Made by a program: the position numbers and the translations under genes | Virus record (IMG/VR): IMGVR_UViG_3300036778_000065 | Coordinates: 1 to 43,559 of that record | Length of the DNA stretch: 43,559 nucleotides | Direction: 5' to 3' (one strand) | DNA from: a virus | Lineage: Duplodnaviria; Caudoviricetes | Part shown: positions 17,543 to 28,176 of the stretch, in pieces | Position numbering within the stretch: position 1 is the first letter of the stretch | How the letters are laid out: every line of letters begins with the position of its first letter | The notes under the pieces: model-generated | What the model was told of the DNA's origin: nothing | The model's database searches: none | The model's input: the letters and a program-made list of their open reading frames with translations, nothing else

Positions 17543-20049
17543 TGCCGAACGCCCTCATCATGGCCGGAGCTGGCCCGGAGCCAAGCAACTTCGCGCCACT
17601 CAACACCAACCGCATCTTTACCGGATTGTGGACGAATCGCAGTCTCTTGCGCGATGCCGCGACCAGCGACTATCAGGAACACTACGGGATGGGGAGGCAA
17701 GACTCCATCGCCGGAGGATTCAACAGCGAGATAAGTCCGCGACTCACGCTCGTCCGCAGACCCGGCACCAGCGTCTACAACGCCGTCGCGCAGCACCCGA
17801 TTACGCGCTGGTACAGCTTCAACACCTTCGACCTGACCAGCGAAGCAATCCATGTGATGGCCGACACCAACACCGCCGTGATGGACGTGACCGCCCCCGG
17901 ATCAAACGTCCTCTTCACCAAGACTCCCGGCGCAGGATCGACCTACTTCCTTGGCGTGGGCAACATCCTCTACTTCACGAACGGAACCGATAACAAGCAG
18001 TGGAACCACGACACCCTTCAGGTGTGGAATTGGGGCATCCCCGCGCCGACCGCCGCGCCGACCGTGACGCAGCAGCCGAGGCCCAACACCTACCCGTCAT
18101 GGAAGCAATCAACGGCCTACAGCACGACCGAAATCTACGGCCTCACCATTGAAGACTCCAATGACCTCATGCAGCGCGTGACCACCTTTGGAGAAACCGG
18201 CGCTCAGGCTCCAGTGTGGAATACGGCATACCTTCAGGGCACTCCTGACGGTTCGGTTGAGTGGCAGAACATGGGGGTTTCGGGATGGAGTGCGAACCAT
18301 GCCTACCAGAATGGTGATCCGGTTGTAGGCACCGTCGTTGACTCGCAGGGACTCAACATCGGAACCCTCTTCTACTGTGTCCAAAGCGGCCAGAGCGCAG
18401 CCACGCCGCCTAATTGGGTTGCCGGAGTGGGATCAATCACCGGAGATGGAGGCGTGACCTGGAAGAACATGGGGAACCTGCTTTACTGGCCCGATATTGG
18501 CCCCTCAACCCCCATTGTCGGAGCCGATACGATTGTCGATCCTAACGGCTACCTGCAACAAATCCTCCAGTGTGGCAAGAGCGGAAACGCCCCCCCCACA
18601 TGGCAAACCGAGCTAGGCGCGTACACCTTCGATGGAAGCATTGTGTGGGTGAATGCGGGAGCCTTCGCCGCAGGTGCGACAGCCGCCACGCAGTACGGCT
18701 ACGCCTACCAAAATTCAGCCAACACCGACCTCAGCGAGATGTCTCCGGCAAGCACACCGATCACCGTCATCAAAGGCGGACAGGTTGTGATTCAGGGAGT
18801 AGGTTCAGCCGATCCACAGTGCGACACCATCCCCATCTACCGCATCGCGCAGGGAGGATCGACCTTCCTCCTCCTCGCCACCATTGCGAACCCCGGCGCA
18901 GGGGTGACGTGGACGTACATCGACACCCTTCCAGACTCAGCCTTGAACCCTGAAATTCAGGCTTTGGTAGCAGGGGAGGGAACTCCGTTGCCAGCCGGAG
19001 CGTCGTGTCTGGGATACCACCTTGGCCGCATCTTTGCCGCCGTGGGGAACGTCGTCTGGATATCGAGCGGCCCCGATGCCGTGGTGAGCGGATCGAGCGG
19101 AAACGCCGGATTCGATACCTTCTTTACCTGCCAGTCGAAGATCAAACGTTTCTGGGTGACGCCCCTGGGAATGGTCGTCCTGACAGCGCGGGATGCGTAC
19201 CTGATTCTAGGCAGCGCGACCGACACCGACCCGCTCTACATGGTCGTCTTTATCGCCAACCTTCCACTCCCGTCCTATGACGCTTTCACCCTCAACAAGA
19301 CCACCGCCTACATGATGATGAGCAACAACCAGCTCATCTCACTTGACCCCTCAGCCGGGATTGTCGATATCGGCTATCCCATCGCGGACATTCTGGAGGA
19401 GGACTATCCCGCAACAGGGGCTTACGTCACCTATCACAGCCAATCCAGCCGCGATTCCGCGCTCTACGTGGGCAACGGAAACGGCTTCTGGTACAGGATG
19501 GCCACCAACTCCGCGCCGGAGCAGGGAACGAACTGGAGCACCCAGGCTTTAATCCCCGGAATGGCCGCGATTCAGAGCGTGGAAGTGACCCCCGGACAGT
19601 ACCGTTTATTGATAGGTTGCAGAACGGGAACCGCGCCTATTTACATGCGCGACCGCACCGTAAATACGGACTTCGGAAACCCCTTTCCAGTGGATACAAC
19701 CTTCGGAAATATCGTGCTTGCACAGCCGGGAGAACTGGCTGCTTTGACGTTCATCACCCTAGAGTCCGTGCGCGTCGGAACACGCGCCGGACTCGCCCTT
19801 CTTTTGGGTGAGATTGGCACCACATCCACGGTCAAATTTGAGACCCTGAAACGCACCCGTCAAGACCCCCCGAACCTACCCGCCAGCACCACCCTTTTCA
19901 GTGACCGATATCACTTCAAGCAGAATCAGAAATCGGCATGGTGCAGACACTTCCAAATGAACATTTCATGGCCAGCCGAAGACGCCCCAAATGAGCTATT
20001 AGCCTTCACCATTTTTGGTCAGACTTGGCAGGAGTTTAGGAGCCAATAA
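17542..20049 (+). CDS. Putative tail nozzle / tail tubular B-like protein with inserted Trp-rich repeats
   Basis: 835 aa beta-rich; YHLGRIFAAVGNVVWISS propeller-like blades; repeated PxW...DGxVxWxNxG modules. Confidence 0.6.
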   Translation: MPNALIMAGAGPEPSNFAPLNTNRIFTGLWTNRSLLRDAATSDYQEHYGMGRQDSIAGGFNSEISPRLTLVRRPGTSVYNAVAQHPITRWYSFNTFDLTSEAIHVMADTNTAVMDVTAPGSNVLFTKTPGAGSTYFLGVGNILYFTNGTDNKQWNHDTLQVWNWGIPAPTAAPTVTQQPRPNTYPSWKQSTAYSTTEIYGLTIEDSNDLMQRVTTFGETGAQAPVWNTAYLQGTPDGSVEWQNMGVSGWSANHAYQNGDPVVGTVVDSQGLNIGTLFYCVQSGQSAATPPNWVAGVGSITGDGGVTWKNMGNLLYWPDIGPSTPIVGADTIVDPNGYLQQILQCGKSGNAPPTWQTELGAYTFDGSIVWVNAGAFAAGATAATQYGYAYQNSANTDLSEMSPASTPITVIKGGQVVIQGVGSADPQCDTIPIYRIAQGGSTFLLLATIANPGAGVTWTYIDTLPDSALNPEIQALVAGEGTPLPAGASCLGYHLGRIFAAVGNVVWISSGPDAVVSGSSGNAGFDTFFTCQSKIKRFWVTPLGMVVLTARDAYLILGSATDTDPLYMVVFIANLPLPSYDAFTLNKTTAYMMMSNNQLISLDPSAGIVDIGYPIADILEEDYPATGAYVTYHSQSSRDSALYVGNGNGFWYRMATNSAPEQGTNWSTQALIPGMAAIQSVEVTPGQYRLLIGCRTGTAPIYMRDRTVNTDFGNPFPVDTTFGNIVLAQPGELAALTFITLESVRVGTRAGLALLLGEIGTTSTVKFETLKRTRQDPPNLPASTTLFSDRYHFKQNQKSAWCRHFQMNISWPAEDAPNELLAFTIFGQTWQEFRSQ

Positions 20050-20288
20050 TGCCCACCATAAAACAGTCCGCGAAGCCGAACATGAAGGGGTGGACAAAGA
20101 CCCCCACGAAGCCCCCCGCACAGGCCCAGACACCCGTCCCGCAACCCCCTCCTGAGAGGAGTGCTTTCATGGTTGCTTCGATGCCCCTGATGGCCTCCAC
20201 CGGAGACGCTTTCCAGAGGCAGTTTTACAGCACCCAGAACATCCCCGCGCAGAGGATTCTGCCAGCCGGAAAAGGAGCCAGAGCATGA
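20049..20288 (+). CDS. Hypothetical protein
   Basis: AGGAG RBS, TAATG coupling. Confidence 0.6.
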   Translation: MPTIKQSAKPNMKGWTKTPTKPPAQAQTPVPQPPPERSAFMVASMPLMASTGDAFQRQFYSTQNIPAQRILPAGKGARA

Positions 20289-20815
20289 CCGTCGAGATAC
20301 CCAACCAGACCCCGGCATCCTTCAGCTTCAAGGGCTACACCGTGAGAGCGGTTGGGGAGATGGACAGAGCCTTCATCGAGCACCTGATTGAAGCCGATGA
20401 CTACCACCGGGACAACATGACGCCGGACTACTTCCTCAAGATGGTGAAGGGGGAGGATGCGTGGGCACTGGAGAAGGATGGGCGAGTCCTCTTCTATTTC
20501 AAGACCCAGACCGCCGTCCGCATGGGTATCTTGTTCGCCAACATGGGGACGCCAGCGCAGAGGCACGAGAACCGCTTTGCTCTTATTGATGGCCTCGATT
20601 GGATCATCCCTCTATTAGTAGCGAACGGATTCAGGGAAATCCTCTTCGATACGAAAGGGCCGGAACTCGAAGTTTTCTCAAAAAGACATCTCGGCTTCAC
20701 TGACGCCGGACGGTTGCTGACCCGCCCGTTGCCTCCGACGCCAAGCGCAGGTGTCCAGCAAGGCGATACGGAGCCGTGGGAACAGTCCCCACAGGCAAGC
20801 AAGAGAGCGGGGTGA
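20285..20815 (+). CDS. Hypothetical protein, possibly GNAT-fold virion assembly protein
   Basis: Position between nozzle and ejection genes; GFREILFDT....RHLGF resembles a GNAT C-terminus. Confidence 0.5.
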   Translation: MTVEIPNQTPASFSFKGYTVRAVGEMDRAFIEHLIEADDYHRDNMTPDYFLKMVKGEDAWALEKDGRVLFYFKTQTAVRMGILFANMGTPAQRHENRFALIDGLDWIIPLLVANGFREILFDTKGPELEVFSKRHLGFTDAGRLLTRPLPPTPSAGVQQGDTEPWEQSPQASKRAG

Positions 20816-20821
20816 CGTGAA

Positions 20822-21454
20822 ATGTGCGGAGCTACGCAACAACAGAAAGATTTGACGCAGGAGCAAACCGACTTCTATACCAACCTCACCGCGCAATACA
20901 ACACCGTCTTTGGGCAAAGTCAGGCGATCACAGGCGCATTGACCTCCGCTTTCACGCCGATCCTTCAGGCAGGGCCATCCCAGACAGGCTTTGCCCCGAC
21001 AGAGGAGGCCGCTCTCCAGACCCAGAACACGGAGAACGTAGCCACCAACTACGCCCAGGCACAGAAGGCGACCGCCCAGATTCTTGCCAGCCGTGGGGGA
21101 GGCGACACCCTGTTGCCGTCGAGCGTCAACGCCAATCTATTAGCCCAGAACGCCAACCAAGCCGCCGCCGCCCGTTCAGCCGGACAGAACCAGATCACCC
21201 AGGCCAACTATGCACAGGGCTATACCAACTGGAATACCGCCGCGAACGTCTTAGGTTCCACAGCAGGACTGATAAATCCGACTGCTTATTCAGGTCAGGC
21301 GACCGGCGCGGGAAGCGCGGCAAGTACCTCCGCCGCCGCCGTCGCCGCCGCCGCAAACAGCCCTTGGAATGCCGCCTTTGGAGCACTTGGAAGTGTGGGT
21401 GGATTAGCCACCGGAGTAGCCCTTAACAAGCTCATTCCGCAGAAGACCGGGTGA
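20822..21454 (+). CDS. Putative internal virion / DNA ejection protein
   Basis: MCG start, Ala/Gln/Gly-rich, hydrophobic Gly-rich C-terminus. Confidence 0.6.
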   Translation: MCGATQQQKDLTQEQTDFYTNLTAQYNTVFGQSQAITGALTSAFTPILQAGPSQTGFAPTEEAALQTQNTENVATNYAQAQKATAQILASRGGGDTLLPSSVNANLLAQNANQAAAARSAGQNQITQANYAQGYTNWNTAANVLGSTAGLINPTAYSGQATGAGSAASTSAAAVAAAANSPWNAAFGALGSVGGLATGVALNKLIPQKTG

Positions 21455-21471
21455 GCCTAAAAGGAGGGATT

Positions 21472-23460
21472 ATGGCAGACGATACAAGCCCGATAACACC
21501 CACCGGAACCGACCCGAACGGCCTCGCCGGAATGGTACTCGGACAGGGGGGTGATATCCCCAATACAGGGATGCCGCCGACCCCTCCGCCGACCCCTCCG
21601 ACGACCGATCCGACGACCCCCAATGCGACCACCCAACCGCAGCCGCCACAGGGCGATTTTATCCCCCCACAAGGCACCGAGCCAGCCCCCGAAAGTTGGG
21701 GGAAACACGTCGAAAGTTGGTTGGGTGACAAGCTCAGTAAGATATCCTCCGCGATCACCGGAGACGAGACTTGGACGGTAACAAAAGCCGCCGATGGAAC
21801 CACGACCGCAACCAAAGCGCCGATCACGAATAAGGAAAGATGGGGTCAAATCGCCGCCGTTGCCATCGGTGGAGCACTCAAGGGTTTGGCAGCAGGACAA
21901 GGCCCAGGAGGAGCCGCCAAAGCCCTAGGCGCAGGGGGGGAGTTTGGGATGCAGGTTCCCCAACAGCAGCAGAAGAACGCCCAAGAACAGGCCGACCAGG
22001 GGAATAAGCAACTGATGTTCTCCGCGAACAAGGCACTTCTCCAGCAGAAGATTGCGATGAATGTCTTCGCCCTGAATCAAATGGACGCGAATCTGACAAA
22101 GGAGCAGGTAGATCGAGCCAATGAGAATGAGGCGTGGCTGCTGTCAAACCCCAATAATCAAAAAGTGGCGGACTTTAAGACCGAAGCCGACGCCATGCAG
22201 TATGAGAAGACGCACCCGGAACTCCTCAAATTGCACACTGGTTCCGGCTATCACACGGAGATGACCCAAGGTGCGGACGGCAAGCCGCAAATCAGTCTCT
22301 ATACCGTGGATCAGGGTTGGCTCGACAGAAAAAACGATCAGGATGTGACCTACAAACGATTGGAGCCGGGAGACACCCTTGACGCTCCGATGAAGTTAGT
22401 CCCGCACACCGTCAAGGCAGGATCAGACACCAACCGGAATATCAGCATCGCGCAGGAAGCAGAGACGAAAAGAATCGGTGACTACCAGATCGCAATAGGG
22501 AAGCTGAAGGACACTCAGACGAAAACAGCGTCCGAGACGGCTTTACACAAAGACGAGGGAGCGAAAGCGAGAGCGGAAACAGCGGAGTCCTATGCGAAAA
22601 CGAAGCAAATCCAACAGCAGATGGACGTAGGGCCGGGAGGCCCGAATGCAGGTTTGGGACAGGATATCTACAGGGGTCGCGCAGATATCAGTCAACTCCG
22701 CACCCGCAAGGATTGGCCGATCATCTATGCCGCCGCCCGTCAGTATGGAATCGACAACGGACTCCCGCCGCTCAACATCGAAAAAGCCACTGCGAAGTTC
22801 AATGCGTACAAGAAGACGCAGGACGCGTACACAGGCAATGGCGAAGCAGCGACGAAGATTCAGGGATTCAGCACACTTCTGGGGCATCTTGGAGACGTTG
22901 TGGACAACGCCAACGAACTCCAAAGAACGAATAGCCCCTGGCTGAATCGACCCATCAATGAACTCGATAAAGAGGTAGCAGGAGGGACGCAAGTAGGGCC
23001 AGCCGAGATAAGGACTCTTGCCCCCGCGAAGGAGTTTGGAAACGTTCTTGCGAATAACCGCGCACTCAACAATGACGAAAAAGAAGACGCCAAGAAGAGT
23101 CTGAATGTGAACCTCACCCCGGCACAACAAAGACTCAACGCGAAACAGATGGCCCATACCGCCATCGACCGACTAGCTCCAGTCTTCCAGGCGTACCGCG
23201 AAGCCTCCGATGGGGATGAGTCACCGACGCAGCTAACCCCTCGCGCAATCCAGACCTTGAAGAGTGTTGGCCTCTATGACTACGCGATGCAGCAGCTTCA
23301 CCCGCAAGGAGTGACGCCGCAGCAAGGAGGAGGAGGAGGAGGAGGAGCGCAGCTACCAGCCGCACTCCCCAATGTAGACGTGCGAACCGACAACAAAGGG
23401 AACTATACACAGCTTCAAAACGGGAAATGGGTTGCCGTAGCAGCACCGAACGCGCAATAA
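21472..23460 (+). CDS. Putative DNA ejection protein
   Basis: AAGGAGG RBS before ATG 21472; Pro-rich N-terminus, Gly/Ala-rich segment, coiled coils. Confidence 0.6.
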   Translation: MADDTSPITPTGTDPNGLAGMVLGQGGDIPNTGMPPTPPPTPPTTDPTTPNATTQPQPPQGDFIPPQGTEPAPESWGKHVESWLGDKLSKISSAITGDETWTVTKAADGTTTATKAPITNKERWGQIAAVAIGGALKGLAAGQGPGGAAKALGAGGEFGMQVPQQQQKNAQEQADQGNKQLMFSANKALLQQKIAMNVFALNQMDANLTKEQVDRANENEAWLLSNPNNQKVADFKTEADAMQYEKTHPELLKLHTGSGYHTEMTQGADGKPQISLYTVDQGWLDRKNDQDVTYKRLEPGDTLDAPMKLVPHTVKAGSDTNRNISIAQEAETKRIGDYQIAIGKLKDTQTKTASETALHKDEGAKARAETAESYAKTKQIQQQMDVGPGGPNAGLGQDIYRGRADISQLRTRKDWPIIYAAARQYGIDNGLPPLNIEKATAKFNAYKKTQDAYTGNGEAATKIQGFSTLLGHLGDVVDNANELQRTNSPWLNRPINELDKEVAGGTQVGPAEIRTLAPAKEFGNVLANNRALNNDEKEDAKKSLNVNLTPAQQRLNAKQMAHTAIDRLAPVFQAYREASDGDESPTQLTPRAIQTLKSVGLYDYAMQQLHPQGVTPQQGGGGGGGAQLPAALPNVDVRTDNKGNYTQLQNGKWVAVAAPNAQ

Positions 23461-23466
23461 AAAGGG

Positions 23467-26115
23467 ATGAGTATGGCAGAGCCAACGACACCGCCGCCGC
23501 CACCAGGATTCGATACCGTTGTGGGAGCGGGAGCGACACCGCCGCCGCCACCGGGATTCGATACCGTTGTGGGAGCAACACAGCCGCCAGCGCAACAGAG
23601 CAACCCCAACGGCCCCGTTGACGCGCAAGGTAATCCATTCACCGTTCCCTCGTTGCCACAGCAGTTGAGCAATGCAGGGAATCAGATCGCGGGATTCATC
23701 AAAGGCGCGGGACAGACCACAGCGGGAGCGATCAACGTACTCAATAACAGGATCACAGCCCGAAATGACCCCGGCGACGTTCAAGCCCTCTCGCACTTCG
23801 CAGATTGGGTTTCCTCTCATTCGAAGATTAACAACGCCGAACAGAGTAAGGGTGAGATGACCCAATCCGCGCTGGAATTAGCCGCGATGGGATTGGTAGG
23901 AGGCGCAGAAGGCGCAGTAGTCAAGGGCGTAGAAGAATTGCCAGCGGCTTCGGAGCTGGTAGGTCAAGTTGGGAAAAATCTTAAACTGTTGGAGAGCAAT
24001 TCAACGCTTGCGCGGGTTCTGAGGGTGGGACTGGACACCATCAAGGGAGGAGCGCGGGGAGCCGTCGAGCAGGGAATACAGACTGGAGTGAAAACGGGTG
24101 ATCCAGTACAAGCCGGACACGCTGCAAGAGTGGGTGCAGTGTTCGGAGCCGGAGGCGGAGCGGTAGCCAGCGGAGCCAATGAAGTCGCAGGAGCCATTGA
24201 CGCAGCGCGACCAGTGGGCCGCGATATCGCGGGAGCCGACTTCCCAACCAACAGCAGGACAGGCGGGGTGATTCTTCGACCAGTCAAAGAAGCTGGCCCC
24301 GAAGCCGCGACACAAGCCGTGGATGAAGCCGTAGGCAACATGGGGAAGACAGCAGTAGCGAACTCGCTTAACCGCGCCAACCGCGCACGTCCGCTGGAGA
24401 CCCTACCACGCACACAAAGGATTCCACCTAAGCTTCCCGCGCCGGAAGGATCGACGCCGGGAATCCCCATGAGGACGGCATTGCCCATAGAGATTCAAAG
24501 GCCCATAGACCCCAACGATTTAAGCAAAGGCTATGAAACCGTCAACATGGGAAGCGAAGCGGAGCCGACGCCAGTAGTCGAAGGCAAGACTGCCTTTGAA
24601 CCCGGCAAGCAGCAAATAGCTACGCGCTCTGTAGCCGGGAAAGGTTCCCCAACCTCGCCCACCGAACCCTACAACGCAACCGTGGATAAAGGACGCCTAG
24701 CATCGAGTTTTGCCTATGGTGACGAGGAACCATTGCCGCAAGTGTCCGACCTTGGCAATCAGCCGCAGGGAAGCCACCGCGAACCGATTTACCAGTATCG
24801 CACTCAGGTAAAGCCGGGAAGCCCAGAGCCAGGTGTAGACGTAGCCAAAGGCCCCGGCGCATTGATCCTTACCAACGATGGCCAAGCATCGAGCATAGGA
24901 AAAGCGAGAGCGAATCTCGCGCAGTACAACCGCGTCCTCAATGATGACGGCATAGTTGGCGAGATGGGAGTGCGACAGCATCAGCAACTTCAGGCCCAAC
25001 GCGATGACCTTGCCGATCAGATATCCCGCTATGACAATGCCGCCGCCACCCACGCCGCTCGCGCACAAACCGAAATGACCGACTACTACGCAAGCCAGCC
25101 GCATTTTGACACTCATGACGTCATAGGTGCAGTGCGGAATACGGACAGCCTGGGGCAAGGTGGGCAACTGTTGAAAGATTCCGCCGCACCCTTCTGGGAT
25201 AGAGCCGACGCCGCCAGCGGAGGACGGTTCAGTGAATTGCGTGAAGATGAGAAGTCACTTGAAAAAAGGTTTAACTCCGACCCGACCGCCAATCTCGCAA
25301 GTATTCGACAACAACTCGCCACCAATCGACAGGCGATGATGGACTGGTTCGATGAGCACCGAGCAGAGTTTTCACCGAAGGAGTGGGAGACACACCGCGA
25401 CCTCTACCAAGACGGCATCGTAACGTCAAATCTCAACACCCTCGTCCAATCGCGATTTAACGGAATCAATCGCGCCGAGGTTGCCCAACCTTTAGAACAC
25501 AAGGGTTCAACCCTGAAGCGCATTTTCCAACCGGGCAATGACTTCAACCAGGAGATAGAAAATTTCTACAACGAGGGGAACAACCGCGAAGTCTTGGAGC
25601 GGACTATTGGCCGCGCTCACATGAACGATATTAAAAACATCGGTCAACTCTTCGAGGGAGCGCAGCGTGAGCAAGCAACTGCAACGCTCATGGATCAGAT
25701 TCGCACAGCTTATCGCCATCACCGCTATGTTGGTGGGGGTTTAGTGGGAGGCGGAATAGGCGGAAGCCTGGGGTATGGCTTGGGTCATGGAGCCGGAACA
25801 ATAGCAGCGGGAACAGCAGTAGGGTCAACAGCAGGGGCAGTCGTCGCCGGAACCACGACGGGGTTCCTACGTTATCTGGGTGACAGGTTGGCGAGTGAGC
25901 CGGATTTCCTTAAGCCCTTCGCCTATGCCATCAAAAACAACGTATCGCCGCGCTTCGCCGCCCCGTTGCTCATCGCTCGAATGTTGGCCGGGACAAGAAA
26001 CGCAGTAGACAGACAACCACCGACGCAACAGGACAAAGAAGTAGTGCCAGCCGATAAAGAGCGCGGAGTGCAGTCCGTGACTCTGCCAACCATGCAGCCA
26101 GGGGGACAGCAGTGA
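23467..26115 (+). CDS. Putative large DNA ejection protein
   Basis: 882 aa; PPPGF N-terminal repeats, Gly-rich hydrophobic segments near both ends. Confidence 0.6.
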   Translation: MSMAEPTTPPPPPGFDTVVGAGATPPPPPGFDTVVGATQPPAQQSNPNGPVDAQGNPFTVPSLPQQLSNAGNQIAGFIKGAGQTTAGAINVLNNRITARNDPGDVQALSHFADWVSSHSKINNAEQSKGEMTQSALELAAMGLVGGAEGAVVKGVEELPAASELVGQVGKNLKLLESNSTLARVLRVGLDTIKGGARGAVEQGIQTGVKTGDPVQAGHAARVGAVFGAGGGAVASGANEVAGAIDAARPVGRDIAGADFPTNSRTGGVILRPVKEAGPEAATQAVDEAVGNMGKTAVANSLNRANRARPLETLPRTQRIPPKLPAPEGSTPGIPMRTALPIEIQRPIDPNDLSKGYETVNMGSEAEPTPVVEGKTAFEPGKQQIATRSVAGKGSPTSPTEPYNATVDKGRLASSFAYGDEEPLPQVSDLGNQPQGSHREPIYQYRTQVKPGSPEPGVDVAKGPGALILTNDGQASSIGKARANLAQYNRVLNDDGIVGEMGVRQHQQLQAQRDDLADQISRYDNAAATHAARAQTEMTDYYASQPHFDTHDVIGAVRNTDSLGQGGQLLKDSAAPFWDRADAASGGRFSELREDEKSLEKRFNSDPTANLASIRQQLATNRQAMMDWFDEHRAEFSPKEWETHRDLYQDGIVTSNLNTLVQSRFNGINRAEVAQPLEHKGSTLKRIFQPGNDFNQEIENFYNEGNNREVLERTIGRAHMNDIKNIGQLFEGAQREQATATLMDQIRTAYRHHRYVGGGLVGGGIGGSLGYGLGHGAGTIAAGTAVGSTAGAVVAGTTTGFLRYLGDRLASEPDFLKPFAYAIKNNVSPRFAAPLLIARMLAGTRNAVDRQPPTQQDKEVVPADKERGVQSVTLPTMQPGGQQ
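23486..23576 (+). repeat. 43-bp direct repeat (period 48, one mismatch) encoding TPPPPPGFDTVVGA twice
   Basis: Copies at 23486-23528 and 23534-23576. Confidence 0.9.
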
Positions 26116-26831
26116 GCGCAGAAGCCGGAATCATCGGATCGAACCTGAAGGAATCGACGCGGAGCTATGACGAAGAACTCTCGCTCACGCAGGAACAAAC
26201 CGCGTATCTCGAAACGCTGGAGCGCAGCGACCGCCAACTCACTGACAAAGAGATCGAGGAGATCGACATTCAGTACATGCTGGCATACGCCGCCGCCGAG
26301 CCTTCGCGCTGGAAGAAACAGGAGCTATGGCAGGGAAACGAGAACGAAGAGATGCGCGTCGTCAACATCATGCACCCTCACGCCATCTTCAGAAAGCTGA
26401 AAGCCGCTGGAGTGGATGCGCGGATCGAGGCGCCGAGCTACTGGGTGTGGGGTGTGGACGACCATACCGGACTCTTGACCATGATGAAGAAGGAACGCAG
26501 CGAGGGAAGGCTTTGGCTGCATGATGACGCCATACGCGGACGTGTCGGTGTGAGCGCCTGGGTGTATGAGAACGGGCAGAAGATTCGCCGTTGCGTCACG
26601 TCACTGCAAGATGGATGCGGCCCGGAGTGGAGCGTGATGCGCTTCAACGAATGGAACGTGCCGACGACAGAGAAGTATCGCGGGTGGAGGACGGCGATGC
26701 TCCACCTGATTCTCGCCGGAGTGCTGACCGAGACCGAGGTTGACCGCGCCTTCGGCCCAGTAGTGAACAACGATGCCAGTTGGTTCTACCGCCATGCCCT
26801 TGAAGGCCACAGAAAGAAGAGGGAGCCATGA
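26112..26831 (+). CDS. Hypothetical protein
   Basis: 239 aa, GTGA coupling. Confidence 0.7.
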   Translation: MSAEAGIIGSNLKESTRSYDEELSLTQEQTAYLETLERSDRQLTDKEIEEIDIQYMLAYAAAEPSRWKKQELWQGNENEEMRVVNIMHPHAIFRKLKAAGVDARIEAPSYWVWGVDDHTGLLTMMKKERSEGRLWLHDDAIRGRVGVSAWVYENGQKIRRCVTSLQDGCGPEWSVMRFNEWNVPTTEKYRGWRTAMLHLILAGVLTETEVDRAFGPVVNNDASWFYRHALEGHRKKREP

Positions 26832-27067
26832 GACGCGCACTCACCGTCATCATGGCGTCATGCGTGGCGTTCGCCGGTTGCCACAACACCGTCATCCTCT
26901 CAGGTGGAGGAATCCATCCCGTTGTCATTGACAAAGAAGTTGCGCCGGAGCTTCAGTGTGCCGTGATTGCCATGCAATTTATTCATGAGGATCAACAGCG
27001 GATCGCGCTCGAAGCCTGTCAGGAAATTGCGGCCGAGGGAGCGAAGAAGGCCCAGGTGAAGCCGTGA
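26828..27067 (+). CDS. Lipoprotein (possible spanin component)
   Basis: MRR + hydrophobic stretch + lipobox FAGC; next to a cell-wall hydrolase. Confidence 0.6.
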   Translation: MRRALTVIMASCVAFAGCHNTVILSGGGIHPVVIDKEVAPELQCAVIAMQFIHEDQQRIALEACQEIAAEGAKKAQVKP

Positions 27068-27483
27068 CCTATGAGAACTACATCAAGGCGAAGCTGGTAG
27101 ACGTGGGCATCGAGGACGCCTACCACCACGGAGGAGTAGAGCCGATGCTGGCCGTCATCCAGGTACTCGCGAACCGCGTGAAGGAAGGGTGGAACGACTG
27201 GCAGGGTGTGATCGACAACGCAGCGGGAGTACGCGGAACGACATGGAAGGACAGGCCCGTAATCAATCCACGCGACGGAGGGTTCAGGGAGCTGCTTCGC
27301 CGCGTGGACGACATCTACCACGGTGTTGCCGACGATACCAACGTCAACCTTGAAGACCGCAAATCCTTCTACTACGCCGAACTCAACAACATCTCCAGCC
27401 CCTGGTTTCGACAGAACATTTTGAACGACCTCGACAATCACCCGCGCATCGCGACCGTGGGGCAACTGACTTTCTTCGGATGA
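27064..27483 (+). CDS. SleB/Hydrolase_2-like cell wall hydrolase (putative endolysin)
   Basis: E...MLAVIQVLANRV, FYYA...PWF, ATVGQLTFF pattern. Confidence 0.6.
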   Translation: MTYENYIKAKLVDVGIEDAYHHGGVEPMLAVIQVLANRVKEGWNDWQGVIDNAAGVRGTTWKDRPVINPRDGGFRELLRRVDDIYHGVADDTNVNLEDRKSFYYAELNNISSPWFRQNILNDLDNHPRIATVGQLTFFG

Positions 27484-27492
27484 GGCGCAGAC

Positions 27493-28176
27493 ATGGCGAC
27501 GATCACAGGCACACTTGCAACCTTCTTTGAGAGCAGCAACGCGCCGGACACCGACTCGATAGCGTCGATAGACATTGCTCTGTGCAACTACGGGAGTCAG
27601 GTTGCTCGTGCGGACGGTACGGTGATGCTTGCCGATGTGACGCTGAAGGGACTGGCAGTTGAAACGGATGGCACCTTCAGCATCGAGCTTGCCGGTAACG
27701 ATGTGATCGAGCCAGCGGGAACCTACTACACCTTCACCGTGAAGGACGGCAACGGCGACACCATCCAGACCAACGCCTACATCTTTCTCGACGCCGACAC
27801 CTACGACCTCAACACGGAACAGCCGTTCGACCCGTCGTTGCCCGTTCCGCCCTTGCCGCCGCTGATTTTCGACCAACTTGTGGACTTCGCTTATCAGCCC
27901 ACCATCGGAGTAGACCTCGACAACAACCGCACCGCGTTTATATTTCAACTCGCAGGGGACATGGTGGTGAACTTCTTTATCAAAGGGCCACCGGGAAACC
28001 TCTACACCCTGATGGTTCAGCAGGACGCGACCGGAGGCCATCAGCTTACGTGGGCCGACACGGTACAGAACGCAACCCCAATCGACCAAGACCCCAACGG
28101 ACTAACCGCCCAGACCTTCATCTCCAACACAGACGGCAACCTGTACCCAGTAGGCGCGGGAACCTACTACCCATGA
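27493..28176 (+). CDS. Putative tail accessory protein
   Basis: DGTFSIELAGND..PAGTYYT N-domain and YTLMVQQDATGGHQLTW C-domain. Confidence 0.6.
   Translation: MATITGTLATFFESSNAPDTDSIASIDIALCNYGSQVARADGTVMLADVTLKGLAVETDGTFSIELAGNDVIEPAGTYYTFTVKDGNGDTIQTNAYIFLDADTYDLNTEQPFDPSLPVPPLPPLIFDQLVDFAYQPTIGVDLDNNRTAFIFQLAGDMVVNFFIKGPPGNLYTLMVQQDATGGHQLTWADTVQNATPIDQDPNGLTAQTFISNTDGNLYPVGAGTYYP

Noticed and set aside
27019-28089. 356-aa minus-strand ORF (also 8088..8969, 14725..15420, 32498..33064)
   Set aside because: Antisense shadows of well-supported plus-strand genes, expected in GC-rich DNA; no motifs
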